From: a virus
Taxonomy: Duplodnaviria > Caudoviricetes
Length of the DNA stretch: 64,000 nucleotides
Strand: one strand, 5' to 3'
Virus record (IMG/VR): IMGVR_UViG_3300033121_000711
Coordinates: 1 to 64,000 of that record
The notes below the pieces were generated by a model. It saw nothing but the letters and a program-made list of their open reading frames with translations, was not told the DNA's origin and made no database searches. Below, piece after piece: positions 38,415-48,026 of this stretch. How positions within the stretch are numbered: the stretch's first letter is position 1; the number at the start of each line of letters is the position of its first letter. Made by a program: the position numbers and the translations under genes.

Positions 38415-39500
38415 TTAGAACGGATAGACGCCGCTACGAGTTGTTGTAGGTTCAGTAATATTACACTTACCAGAAACACTCACTTGTCCTTGCTTGAGAT
38501 CGTGCCCAAGATCTTCATAGCGGAAATCTTGGAGACGATAAATTTCCTTATCTATATCGCTGCAAGGTGGCGTATAGACGATAACAATATCTACAGCGTA
38601 AGGCTCGCAAAGATCTGCCGAACTAGATATCCAGTCAGAAGCTTCGCCCCGCTTTTTCAGTGCATCTTCAATACTGGGAGCTTCACCTGTGTCAGCACGA
38701 AGGAAGACCCAAGTGAAATCAAGTTTCACTTCAACAGGCTCTTCGTCTCCAAGCTTAACAGTATCGAGTGTGCCTCGATCTTTTGTATACTGTATCGATC
38801 GCTTCTCGGTCCATTGGACATTGCCTTCACCAACACGGATATGTAATTGATTTGGCAACCAATGGATCGTAGCATCATCAGCAACAGTATCACCTAACGC
38901 AGGCGTGAAAGTAATACTTGTAGTATTACTTAGCGTTTCACTGTGTGCTGTCACAGTGTGTGCAACGCCAGGATCGCCATCAACCCAGAAACGATCGCCA
39001 GTAACAACAGCCCCTGTAGAGCCGTCCACCAGCATAGTCGTTGTAGCCGCAGCATAGTCAAGTGATGCTGTGCTAACAGTAGGAAAGGCACCAGATCCGG
39101 GAGCAGCGATAGACATATCGTATGTCAGGGTTGTGATTCCCGAAGCATACAATGTTTGAGTACCTGCTCCACCACCATCTGTGCTAATATAGAGCTTACG
39201 ACTAACTGCACCTGTAGGTAGTGCAGGGAAAGTTACACGCGGAATGTTACCGGAAGAGACAACAATACCGCTAGTAGCTGAACTCCTAAGAGTTTCACCG
39301 TAAGCTGTGACAAGTGTGTAAGAGATAAGGTATGTGCCCGCAGCCAGCGATCCACCACTAGCCCCACCACCAGTTGCTGAAACTGTTGGTGCAGATGTTG
39401 GATCTGCGAGCTTATGATTGACTAATGTTGTGCCTGTAACAGAACCGTCGTGTCCATCTTCAATATAGATGTCACAGTTTTTAAGATCAAGTTGAGCCAC
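38415..39500 (-). CDS. major tail tube protein, paralog 2 (extra inserted domain)
   Basis: Near-identical N- and C-terminal segments to 39511-40251. Confidence 0.8.
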   Translation of the reverse strand: MAQLDLKNCDIYIEDGHDGSVTGTTLVNHKLADPTSAPTVSATGGGASGGSLAAGTYLISYTLVTAYGETLRSSATSGIVVSSGNIPRVTFPALPTGAVSRKLYISTDGGGAGTQTLYASGITTLTYDMSIAAPGSGAFPTVSTASLDYAAATTTMLVDGSTGAVVTGDRFWVDGDPGVAHTVTAHSETLSNTTSITFTPALGDTVADDATIHWLPNQLHIRVGEGNVQWTEKRSIQYTKDRGTLDTVKLGDEEPVEVKLDFTWVFLRADTGEAPSIEDALKKRGEASDWISSSADLCEPYAVDIVIVYTPPCSDIDKEIYRLQDFRYEDLGHDLKQGQVSVSGKCNITEPTTTRSGVYPF

Positions 39501-39510
39501 TTAATGCTCC

Positions 39511-40251
39511 TTAGGATGGGTAAGTTGCAGCTCGTGTTGTGGTCGGCTCTGTGATATTGCACTTACCGGAAACGCTCACTTGACCCTGCTTAAGATCATG
39601 GCCAAGGTCTTCGTAACGGAAGTCTTGGAGACGATAAATTTCCTTATCAACGTTGTCGCAAGGCGGCGTGTATACCACCACGATATCAACTGCATAAGGC
39701 TCGCAAGGATCTGCCGAACTAGAGACCCAGGCAGAAGCCTCACCACGTTTCTTGAGAACGTCTTCAATACTCGGAGTCTCGCCAGTATCGGCCTTTAAGA
39801 AGACCCAAGTGAAATCAAGTTTCACTTCCACTGGTTCTTCATCGCCAAGCTTAACAGTGTCAAGAGTTCCACGATCCTTTGTATATTGGATCGAACGCTT
39901 CTCGGTCCACTGCATATTACCTTCACCAACTTTGATTTGCAGTTGGTGACTTAAGAAAGTAATAGCAGCATCATCGACAACACTAGCTCCAAGAGCCGGA
40001 GTAAAAGTAATACTCGTAGTATTACCTAATGTCGCAGATGAGGATGTGATTGTGTGAACCAACCCGGTGGTGTCTCCAGCAACAGTGAACCTGTCACCAA
40101 CAGTGACAGTTCCAGTACTACCGTCAACAGCCATTGTGGCCACGCCGCTAGCGTATCCAGCACCGTTATTCACTAGCATTGAGCCAGTGATTGTACCATC
40201 GTAACCATCTTCAATGTAAATATCGCAATTTTTCAGATCGATCTGTGCCAT
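39511..40251 (-). CDS. major tail tube protein, paralog 1
   Basis: Position between head-tail connectors and chaperone. Confidence 0.8.
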   Translation of the reverse strand: MAQIDLKNCDIYIEDGYDGTITGSMLVNNGAGYASGVATMAVDGSTGTVTVGDRFTVAGDTTGLVHTITSSSATLGNTTSITFTPALGASVVDDAAITFLSHQLQIKVGEGNMQWTEKRSIQYTKDRGTLDTVKLGDEEPVEVKLDFTWVFLKADTGETPSIEDVLKKRGEASAWVSSSADPCEPYAVDIVVVYTPPCDNVDKEIYRLQDFRYEDLGHDLKQGQVSVSGKCNITEPTTTRAATYPS

Positions 40252-40254
40252 CTG

Positions 40255-40728
40255 TTACACCTCTAAGTACATGCAATAACTGGCTTGCACCATTGATTGC
40301 ATCTCTTTGACGTCTGGATTAACTTGACCTAAATGGTCAACTTGTGGGCTAGGATTATCTTTATCGGTGATTATTTGCATACACCCTAACATGGATTCAT
40401 CATCGTCCACACCTGTACCAAATTTATACATTTTGATGGCTTTTTCAAAAGCAGCCATCATAATACCGACGTTGGTATGTAAGGTGTGTATACTATTATC
40501 GTTCCTTTTATGCACTACTAAGATATTGATTGTGACTTGAATTTCCCACCAATTTTTACTTCTTTCCCATAAGTACGGACCATTTAATCTGAACTCGAAA
40601 TAATCTGAAAGGTCCGCAGTTTTTGCATCATCGCCTTCAATGAAGAGAGTGATTCCTTCTCTTTTTGAATCAAAATGCTTTGTGAATGATGCAAAAATCC
40701 ATCGAGCCCAGTTTTTATCTACGGCCAT
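40255..40728 (-). CDS. putative tail terminator
   Basis: Synteny and size. Confidence 0.55.
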   Translation of the reverse strand: MAVDKNWARWIFASFTKHFDSKREGITLFIEGDDAKTADLSDYFEFRLNGPYLWERSKNWWEIQVTINILVVHKRNDNSIHTLHTNVGIMMAAFEKAIKMYKFGTGVDDDESMLGCMQIITDKDNPSPQVDHLGQVNPDVKEMQSMVQASYCMYLEV

Positions 40729-41217
40729 TTAAAGTTCTCCTATTCCTGATTGTGAGAGTCTCAGGGTCTGGTGAACTATGGCTTCATGAACTTCGTTCGG
40801 TATAGAGCCTCTAAGGTGATTTACGAGAAGTTGATAGCCAAGATCTTGTTCTATAAGCTCTATTTTAACAATTTCAAATTTCTTATGTTGATACACGAAG
40901 TAATCATCCTGCCGGATTTCAAATCCGGCAGGAAGATCATTACCATCTATTAAAACGTGCTTAAGATCCTGATCTTGAAAACCACCGTAAGAAAATTCTC
41001 TGGCAGATTTTAAAAGAGCTGAACCGTAGAAGCCTAAAGATTCAGCTTTAAAAGGTATAACGACACATCGATCAATAGCGTATTTGACTCGGGTAATGGA
41101 TTTACTACCCGATTCTAAATTTGTTGTGCCAGGAGTTATTCTATAGAGTGCTCCGGAATATCCAAAATCCATTTTTAATTGATATAAAACTCGGCGTAAC
41201 AAGACCAGGTTATTCAT
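40729..41217 (-). CDS. putative head closure (stopper) protein
   Basis: Synteny; beta-rich DD.F.Y..K.FEI pattern. Confidence 0.55.
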   Translation of the reverse strand: MNNLVLLRRVLYQLKMDFGYSGALYRITPGTTNLESGSKSITRVKYAIDRCVVIPFKAESLGFYGSALLKSAREFSYGGFQDQDLKHVLIDGNDLPAGFEIRQDDYFVYQHKKFEIVKIELIEQDLGYQLLVNHLRGSIPNEVHEAIVHQTLRLSQSGIGEL

Positions 41218-41218
41218 T

Positions 41219-41524
41219 TTAAGCCTCGTCTTTTGTTAATATTTGATTATTTTTTTCGACTAATACTAAAATTTTTTCACTTGTAGCTTCAAGAGCTTCA
41301 AGCTTTGCATTCTTAATATCCAGGATTTTAGAAACTCTTTTAAGAACTCTGGCATTTATCTTGTTTGTTTTCTTGCTCTCTTCAACCATCTCGATATGGC
41401 TTTTAGCAATAGGCTTCACTATTTCTTTAGCGAGCCAGACAAGAGTCAACCAGAAACCGGCACCTAAAAGTCCAGTGCCGACTATAGGAGCTCCAACACG
41501 TTCAACTGCTGACCAAAAGTCCAT
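41219..41524 (-). CDS. membrane protein, holin-like (TM helix plus coiled coil)
   Basis: GAPIVGTGLLGAGFWLTLVWL. Confidence 0.45.
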   Translation of the reverse strand: MDFWSAVERVGAPIVGTGLLGAGFWLTLVWLAKEIVKPIAKSHIEMVEESKKTNKINARVLKRVSKILDIKNAKLEALEATSEKILVLVEKNNQILTKDEA

Positions 41525-41546
41525 AATTAACTCCTGGCTTCAAAAA

Positions 41547-41577
41547 CCAGGGAGCCATCTAGTAGATGGCTCCCTGG
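41547..41577 (-). terminator. terminator after the capsid gene
   Basis: CCAGGGAGCCATCTA-g-TAGATGGCTCCCTGG with a T-run on the minus strand. Confidence 0.85.
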
Positions 41578-41584
41578 AAAGAAA

Positions 41585-42985
41585 TTAACCAAGGAGCACA
41601 GCCCCAAGATTCGTGTCCAGCACCTTGACACCCATGAGCATGTCAAGAGTAACCAAGTGACCCTGCGAAGAACCATTATAAGTAATGGTCGCACGCATGG
41701 AAAGGCCATTGTTATTGATGACAGCAGAAGCCGCACCAACACCTGCTCGGGGCATGTTGAGAGGACGGACCACCAGAGCAACAGCGTCTCGGTGGAAAGC
41801 AAAGTTATACTGGCCAGCCGGACCGATATTCACAGGAGCATCGTCAGCAATAGCAGCTTCCAGAGCACGATCCAGGAGGAGGCTAGTTGTAGTAGCTTCC
41901 ATGACCGTGTAAATGGCAGCCGAGCCAGAAGCTCCGAAAGACACGATCTGGCCAGTCTTAGGAGCAACCGTGAAGCCGTCAATAACGATCGGCTTTGTCC
42001 AACCAGCAGCGTAACCAGCTCCTAAGTTAACGGCACCCGGAGTGTAGAAAGTGATAACAGCATCGTTAACAACAGCTGCACCCAACGGATAACGGAGAGT
42101 AATACTGGTTGTATTGCTCAGCGTTTCGCTATGAGCCGTAACCTGATTGGGGCGATCATCGCCAGCAATCTTGAGCCATGTCCCAGTCGCGATAGCACCA
42201 GTGATACCGTCAACAGTCAGAGCACTTGTCGTGCCCTTAGCATAGCCGGAGCTATTGTTGATAGCACCAGTGCTCGTCGTGTTACCAGTAGCAATATCTG
42301 CCATATTCTGGCACATATAGTTACTGAAGCCAAACTTACGGCCGAGGAAAGCCTCAGCCTGAGCTGTACCATCGTCACCAGTGTCCTGAGCATTCGTGAA
42401 CTCAGACAGGCTAAGGGCGATGGTTTCGCCGCTTGGGCACCAAATCAGGTTACGCCCTTCAGGGTAAGCCTTATTGATGTTCATGATGTTACGAGTGTTA
42501 AGGATACGATCCTTAACATTGGAGCTCGAAAGACCACCAAGCGAGCCGTAAGTATTAGCCAGGAACTGACTGTACTGGCCAAGCACGACCTTATCAACGA
42601 ATCGAGCCTGAGCCAGAACGGCTGGCTTAAGATAGATTTCGACCAGATCCTTGAAAGCGTAAGATTCTTCGCCGTCCATGATCATGAACGAAACGTGAAC
42701 GTGCTGATCGAGCTTGACCTGCACGTCAGTGCTGGTAGCGTCCTGAACGGTAACGCTATCAGTAGTAACCTTACGCTTTGCACTGAACTCACCAGGGCGG
42801 CGAGTATGAACGATATCGCCAAACTTAGCGAACTCGTCCCTGAAATCTCGATGCACAAGGTTGGCAACAACCATGTGCTCTTCGAGAATAACCAAAGACT
42901 CGTTAGCCCACATTTCTGGGATAAGAGCATCGACATCGTTCGAGTAAACGTTGATGACAGCATTAGCAAGAATGAACGTATTCAT
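41585..42985 (-). CDS. major capsid protein (P22 gp5-like) with two inserted beta domains
   Basis: IPEMWANESL..L, VHRDF..EF...GD.V, FAFHRDA.ALV.RPL, D.L.GVK.LD. Confidence 0.92.
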   Translation of the reverse strand: MNTFILANAVINVYSNDVDALIPEMWANESLVILEEHMVVANLVHRDFRDEFAKFGDIVHTRRPGEFSAKRKVTTDSVTVQDATSTDVQVKLDQHVHVSFMIMDGEESYAFKDLVEIYLKPAVLAQARFVDKVVLGQYSQFLANTYGSLGGLSSSNVKDRILNTRNIMNINKAYPEGRNLIWCPSGETIALSLSEFTNAQDTGDDGTAQAEAFLGRKFGFSNYMCQNMADIATGNTTSTGAINNSSGYAKGTTSALTVDGITGAIATGTWLKIAGDDRPNQVTAHSETLSNTTSITLRYPLGAAVVNDAVITFYTPGAVNLGAGYAAGWTKPIVIDGFTVAPKTGQIVSFGASGSAAIYTVMEATTTSLLLDRALEAAIADDAPVNIGPAGQYNFAFHRDAVALVVRPLNMPRAGVGAASAVINNNGLSMRATITYNGSSQGHLVTLDMLMGVKVLDTNLGAVLLG

Positions 42986-42994
42986 TTTAAATTT

Positions 42995-43825
42995 TTACCC
43001 TTTACGTCCAAGACCCATCTCCTTACGCATTTTTCGCCATTGCTCAGGAGTTGCAGTCTTAGGATCAATTGTTCGTCCACCAGCACCACGATTGCCAGAA
43101 GCTCCAATGCCTCCAGCAACACCGGACTTGAATAGATTGCCGTATTCATCGGCTCTATCCTTCATCCGCTTAAGAGCCTCTTGGATTGTGAGATCCAGAG
43201 TAACAGGCTTTCCTTCCTTATCAGTATCGTTAAAGCGAACTTTAGCGACAAACTCATCAGGAACTGGATTGCCTTCAGAATCTAACACCTCGACTAAGCG
43301 AGTATTACCTTTTAGAATGGTAACAATTTGAGTAGGGTTGAAAGCTTCAGCCCTAACAGCCTCGTCCATAATGGAGCGAGTAATGGTTGCACTGACGAAT
43401 CGATTCTGCCAAGAATCTCGCTCGCCAGAGACTTTTTCAAGGATGCTCTTATGCTCATTCCTGAGCTTTTCTTGCTCTTTACGAGCAAGCTCTTCTTTAG
43501 TAAGAAGCGAGTTATTTAACTCTTCGATACGTCCTTGGAGTTCGGTCTTTTCCTTATCGGAAAGGCCTTTAGATTTCTTGAACCTTTCAAGCTCTGCGAC
43601 AGTGACTTCAACTTGTTTTTGATGTTTTCGGCGATCCTCTGCCAACATCTTATTTACTTGTTCTTGTGTAAATACTTTATTCCTATCTTCTTTTTTCTCT
43701 TCCTTCTTTTCGCTATCATCATTCAGGCCTTCATTGTTCTGGCCTTCATTGTTCTGGCCTTCCTCACCATCATAGACAAGGATCCAAGAAGCCGAGAGCT
43801 CGAAATTAGAATACCGCATAATCAA
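42995..43825 (-). CDS. capsid scaffolding protein
   Basis: FTQEQVNK, coiled coil, LFKS...GG.G tail; directly upstream of the coat gene. Confidence 0.85.
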   Translation of the reverse strand: MIMRYSNFELSASWILVYDGEEGQNNEGQNNEGLNDDSEKKEEKKEDRNKVFTQEQVNKMLAEDRRKHQKQVEVTVAELERFKKSKGLSDKEKTELQGRIEELNNSLLTKEELARKEQEKLRNEHKSILEKVSGERDSWQNRFVSATITRSIMDEAVRAEAFNPTQIVTILKGNTRLVEVLDSEGNPVPDEFVAKVRFNDTDKEGKPVTLDLTIQEALKRMKDRADEYGNLFKSGVAGGIGASGNRGAGGRTIDPKTATPEQWRKMRKEMGLGRKG

Positions 43826-43867
43826 TCCTTTAACCCGTGACTGTTAATTGATTTGCAAAGCTCACGG

Positions 43868-44722
43868 TTACTTTGCACGCAGCAAATTAAAATAAATTTG
43901 ATCTGCGTCGTTGTAGAAACTCAACCACAAGGCACCAGTAGGCTTTGGCGGCTTGCCTGTTTCAATATGCCAACCGCCAAAGCCGTCACTGTACTCGTCT
44001 TTATAGGTAGGAACTTGAACGTGTATTTGTTCATCATCATAATGATTATGATTACTGTCTATTCGAGTCCTACTAATTGGAACAATCCACTCGTCATGCG
44101 TATGACCAGATAACACGATTTGAGCATCTGGTAAATATACAGCTTTTCTATTAGATTGTATAACACCTCTAGTTACTGGGCCACCGCCACCATAACCGTG
44201 TATATACCACAATCTTATATGTTGCGTCTTTTTTGTTTTAATATTATGGAACTCAAAAACTATCCAACCGGAATAGCCTCCGTTATAGATTTTTGAGTTT
44301 GTTTCTCTATTAAGTTCTTTAACTAGATTACTGGTTAAATTAACTTCGTGCTTTTTCAAAATCGATGTTTCATGATTACCCATACCAATCATTATAAATT
44401 GTTTGGCATAAGGTTTGAACCATGTCGTTGCGGTTTTAACTAAAGAGTCTAAATAATCATCAACTTGATGTATGGATCTTATTGATGCCTTATTTGCTCT
44501 TTTATCGAACTTGCCTTGCATGGCACAGAAGAAATCACCAATATCTATGACACCTGCCCCATACCTTTTAGCTTGATCTAAATGCTTTTTCTGCTTTATC
44601 CAATCAGATCTTGGGTTATCCCAATGCCTATCACCTGTTAGTAAAAATCTTTGATCAAGCTCATTTTTATAGTCAACGCGAACTATTGAAATATTTCGTT
44701 CTCGTTGGCTTACTTTGTACAC
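43868..44722 (-). CDS. calcineurin-like metallophosphoesterase
   Basis: GDRH, GDFF, GNHE, HG, GHTH; GAGG RBS before GTG 44722. Confidence 0.9.
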   Translation of the reverse strand: MYKVSQRERNISIVRVDYKNELDQRFLLTGDRHWDNPRSDWIKQKKHLDQAKRYGAGVIDIGDFFCAMQGKFDKRANKASIRSIHQVDDYLDSLVKTATTWFKPYAKQFIMIGMGNHETSILKKHEVNLTSNLVKELNRETNSKIYNGGYSGWIVFEFHNIKTKKTQHIRLWYIHGYGGGGPVTRGVIQSNRKAVYLPDAQIVLSGHTHDEWIVPISRTRIDSNHNHYDDEQIHVQVPTYKDEYSDGFGGWHIETGKPPKPTGALWLSFYNDADQIYFNLLRAK

Positions 44723-45543
44723 TACAACCTCGTAAATGAAATCTCTTGCGGATCTCGTACATAAGGTCTTATATAATTCCAAGCTGAAGCACTGGGTATC
44801 CCAGCTCTCATATGTTCCGGTATATACTCTCTATTGTAATTTGTCGTTACTGATGAATATTTATGGCTTTGATGTGATAAATTATCGGCTTCAATATCTG
44901 GATCCCAACCATCTAATAGTCTATCTGCTATTATGTATGTGGCAAATTTAATATCATCAGGAACATTTACATCTGTCGTTGTTGTCACTTCACTTGTGAT
45001 AGGGTCTGTGTAAGTATTTTTCCTGGGGAATTGTAGTACTTGTAAGCTACTGGCTTTTTCTCCGGAAAAATTTAACCTATCAATTATTCTTGTAGCGTCT
45101 ACTAACGCTTTACTTTTATTGTCTACGCTACTAGCTTTCCACTTTTTGCCTTTTAGCGAATTACTAAAAAATACATCACCACCATTGACGTTCCCATAAT
45201 AACTGAAGCTAATAGCATCATCTGGCAAAGTTGAATCGCTTGCCACAACCAAGAAGGTATCGCCGAAGGCTTCCGTCGTAACAGAAGACTTATAGCGAGT
45301 GCGAATAACGTCGCCAGGATTATTAAGTAGTGCTGAACTGATTGAAGCGTAGTAGCGGCCGTATGATACAGCTGTAAGTGTTGTAATACCACTCGGGTTA
45401 AAAGCTTCACCATTTATGCTGTACTCGGGTTGGCCACCAGCTTCAGAAAGAGCAGGACTTACTAAGTCAAGTAGCCTAACATCAAAGTAGGCTCGCAGTA
45501 ACTCAGTATCTGTCTCTCCTACTTTGATGTTTCGGATTGCCAT
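44722..45543 (-). CDS. head-tail adaptor (DnaT-like family) with N-terminal extension
   Basis: KALVDATRIIDRLNFSGEK...LQFPR...VPDDIK.A. Confidence 0.75.
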   Translation of the reverse strand: MAIRNIKVGETDTELLRAYFDVRLLDLVSPALSEAGGQPEYSINGEAFNPSGITTLTAVSYGRYYASISSALLNNPGDVIRTRYKSSVTTEAFGDTFLVVASDSTLPDDAISFSYYGNVNGGDVFFSNSLKGKKWKASSVDNKSKALVDATRIIDRLNFSGEKASSLQVLQFPRKNTYTDPITSEVTTTTDVNVPDDIKFATYIIADRLLDGWDPDIEADNLSHQSHKYSSVTTNYNREYIPEHMRAGIPSASAWNYIRPYVRDPQEISFTRL

Positions 45544-45544
45544 A

Positions 45545-45736
45545 TCATTCCTTGTATATTAATGATCTTACTGCACAATCTTTGGCTTCGAGTAGTTTGC
45601 GTAAAGCTACCGTACTTTCTGCGTTATGTGGTAAATTCTGGCATAAAGTATAAGCCATTACCTTAAAATGTGTTGCCACTTCTTTAAGATTATATGGAAG
45701 ATGATCGCATTCAAAAAATTGTAATAGACGCTGCAT
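45545..45736 (-). CDS. small helical-hairpin protein, Acb2/Tad1-like candidate
   Basis: FF..DHLP..L.....F...A......LP...E.TVALRKLLEAKDCAVR. Confidence 0.6.
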   Translation of the reverse strand: MQRLLQFFECDHLPYNLKEVATHFKVMAYTLCQNLPHNAESTVALRKLLEAKDCAVRSLIYKE

Positions 45737-46311
45737 TATGCACTCGTTTGAGTTAAAGTAACAGTGACGTTAAGAGTATCGCCATTAACAACAGCTCGCG
45801 AAGATCCGAAATCTCCACCACCATAAAGCGTGCCAGTTGTGCCGCCCTTGGTGTTGTTATCGGCTAAAAAGCAACCATAAACAGTCGAACTGCCATTGAT
45901 ATTGAAAACAGCTTTGCTAGCTGAATTATCAACAGCTCCTGAAGAAATAGATCCGGGTGTAAATGTCGGCCTATTGGAATCGGAGTATGGCGTAATTTCT
46001 GACCAGCCACTATGAGTACCCATAGTGTCTGCGGCAATCATTGAGCCTGTACCTTTTAGTCCAACATACCAAGCAGGGCTAGCAAGACCTGTCTTAAAAG
46101 TCGCATCAAGCAACTTATTAAGTCCAGCAGTCACAACAATATTGTAAAAATGATCTTTCCAGCGTAGCTTAGGAGTCTCACGCTTCTTACCGTTTTTATG
46201 GTAATTACTCCAGCACTCGACATCGTAACGTGTGCTAGAGAGAACTTTAAATTCGTTAGGAACGCCTGGACGATCAACTAAATTTAAGCAGTTTGAAACA
46301 ATCTGATTCAT
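45736..46311 (-). CDS. virion structural protein (paralog of 31810-32361)
   Basis: WYVGL...HSGWSE...NNTKGGTTG...VVNGDTLNVT. Confidence 0.7.
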   Translation of the reverse strand: MNQIVSNCLNLVDRPGVPNEFKVLSSTRYDVECWSNYHKNGKKRETPKLRWKDHFYNIVVTAGLNKLLDATFKTGLASPAWYVGLKGTGSMIAADTMGTHSGWSEITPYSDSNRPTFTPGSISSGAVDNSASKAVFNINGSSTVYGCFLADNNTKGGTTGTLYGGGDFGSSRAVVNGDTLNVTVTLTQTSA

Positions 46312-48014
46312 CTTTTAATTCCTTCAAATTCTAAGGTAACGTCTACACGTTCACCTTTTGGTTGCCAACGTGCCGCATGAACAAATTCAAAAGGATTATT
46401 GGTAAGGTAGACGAACCAGGTTTCACCCTTCCAATTACGCAATGTTATTAACTCGCTTGAATGCTCTTCTAAAAACTTTCTCAATTCTATGGCTTTATAA
46501 GTACCTAGATTGAAACTGTATTTTAGTTTTTGCGTGGTTGTTTTCTTTACGTAGGTGAATGTGTCTCCCGTCATTGTTTTCTTAAGATTCAATTCACCTG
46601 TATAATTTTGAGTGTCCCCGAATAAAGGACAGGGTAGTATAATAGATTTTGCTGGGGTTCCTAAAATCACCATACATTTAGTAGGTATCAAAACAACGTC
46701 TACTAAAGGTTGATTATATTGGAACTGTCCATTAGATCCTAAAATCGGTGCACTAACTTGTCGTGGCACGTTAAATACTAAAGTTTGTGCAACGCTTAAA
46801 TTATATGTAGCCTGTCTTCCAACAGACTGTGTAAGATTTAGAGTTTGCGTTACGCTACAATTTATAACTTTCACGCAGGTCGCAGTTTGAGACAAATTCA
46901 ACGTGTGCGTTGCAGCTCTAAATCCTATAGCCTCTTGTGTTAGGCTTATAGTTTGACTTACAGTTTTATTGATAATTTTTTGGACAGTCGCCGATTGAGT
47001 AAGTGCTAAAGAGTGTGTTGCTATACCTGTAGTCTTACTCAGTGTTGCTTCTTGAGTTAATTCTAAGCTTTGAGTGACTGTTCTATTAAAGACTCCACTA
47101 CAACTTGCACTAAATCCACTTACACCTTCAGGTGTTTGTGATTTGTTGGAATCCATCTCAAAACTAGATGCAAAACTTGCAATAGCTGTAGTGACATATA
47201 AAATATCGTAATAATTTTCAACATTTACAAACCCTACGCTTGTTAATGTTAAAGAATCTACTGTTTCTATAAGATTCGACCTAGCGATATCAGCTACACC
47301 TGCAATAGTTAAAGTAATACCGCCAGTATAAATATTGCTAGTAGTAAAATCACTAATGCCGTCAATAGTTAAAAGCAGATTTTGAAATCTTACTTCAGTC
47401 TGTGTAATATCTGAAACACCATCAATACTGACAGGATCTTCAGTATAACTAAATCCAGGCAATTGGCTTACACTTGAAGATCCTAAAATTTCAAACTGAT
47501 TATAAAGTAATTGCCCACTCAGAACGGTGAAATTACTTAATCCAGCTATACTTAATGTCGGTCTATGATCTAATAATGCAGTTTCAGTGATATTGCTTAC
47601 ACTTGAAATACTTAAAGTATGGCCGAAAGATCCTATGTTAGCTATTGTTACATCTGCTACAGAGTCTATGCTTAAATCTCTGTCATAATTATTACCATCA
47701 ACTTCTGTCAATATTGAGCCTATACCAGCTATAGTTAGCGTCTCTGGGTAAGAAGCTCCAGCTAATATAGTGAAATCGCTTATACCATCAATCGACAGCG
47801 TTTTATCGTAAGGTATACCGCCAGAAAAAGTAAAATTACTTACACCTGCGGTTGTTATAGTTGGATTGTATATGCTTCCAGCTGTACTTTGATCTATTGC
47901 AGATGTTCCGCCGATTGTGAGATCGCGTTCAAAAACTGTGCCTGAAGTAGCTGTCATACCTGGCTGCATATTTCCAGGCATTGAACTACTTGTGCCAAGT
48001 ACAGATGTTAGCAT
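46308..48014 (-). CDS. repeat-rich fibre/virion protein
   Basis: ~22-aa L(S/T)I(D/A)G.S repeats, then V.Q.L.L.Q repeats, then a domain like 30593-30961. Confidence 0.65.
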   Translation of the reverse strand: MLTSVLGTSSSMPGNMQPGMTATSGTVFERDLTIGGTSAIDQSTAGSIYNPTITTAGVSNFTFSGGIPYDKTLSIDGISDFTILAGASYPETLTIAGIGSILTEVDGNNYDRDLSIDSVADVTIANIGSFGHTLSISSVSNITETALLDHRPTLSIAGLSNFTVLSGQLLYNQFEILGSSSVSQLPGFSYTEDPVSIDGVSDITQTEVRFQNLLLTIDGISDFTTSNIYTGGITLTIAGVADIARSNLIETVDSLTLTSVGFVNVENYYDILYVTTAIASFASSFEMDSNKSQTPEGVSGFSASCSGVFNRTVTQSLELTQEATLSKTTGIATHSLALTQSATVQKIINKTVSQTISLTQEAIGFRAATHTLNLSQTATCVKVINCSVTQTLNLTQSVGRQATYNLSVAQTLVFNVPRQVSAPILGSNGQFQYNQPLVDVVLIPTKCMVILGTPAKSIILPCPLFGDTQNYTGELNLKKTMTGDTFTYVKKTTTQKLKYSFNLGTYKAIELRKFLEEHSSELITLRNWKGETWFVYLTNNPFEFVHAARWQPKGERVDVTLEFEGIKR

Positions 48015-48026
48015 TTAAGGCTCCAT

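Noticed and set aside
42131-43135. 334-aa plus-strand ORF (also 19681-20400, 53914-54465, 62000-62587)
   Set aside because: Antisense shadows of well-supported genes, with no recognisable motifs.
43726-43763. 15-bp tandem repeat
   Set aside because: Encodes EGQNN in the disordered N-terminus of the scaffold; ordinary.
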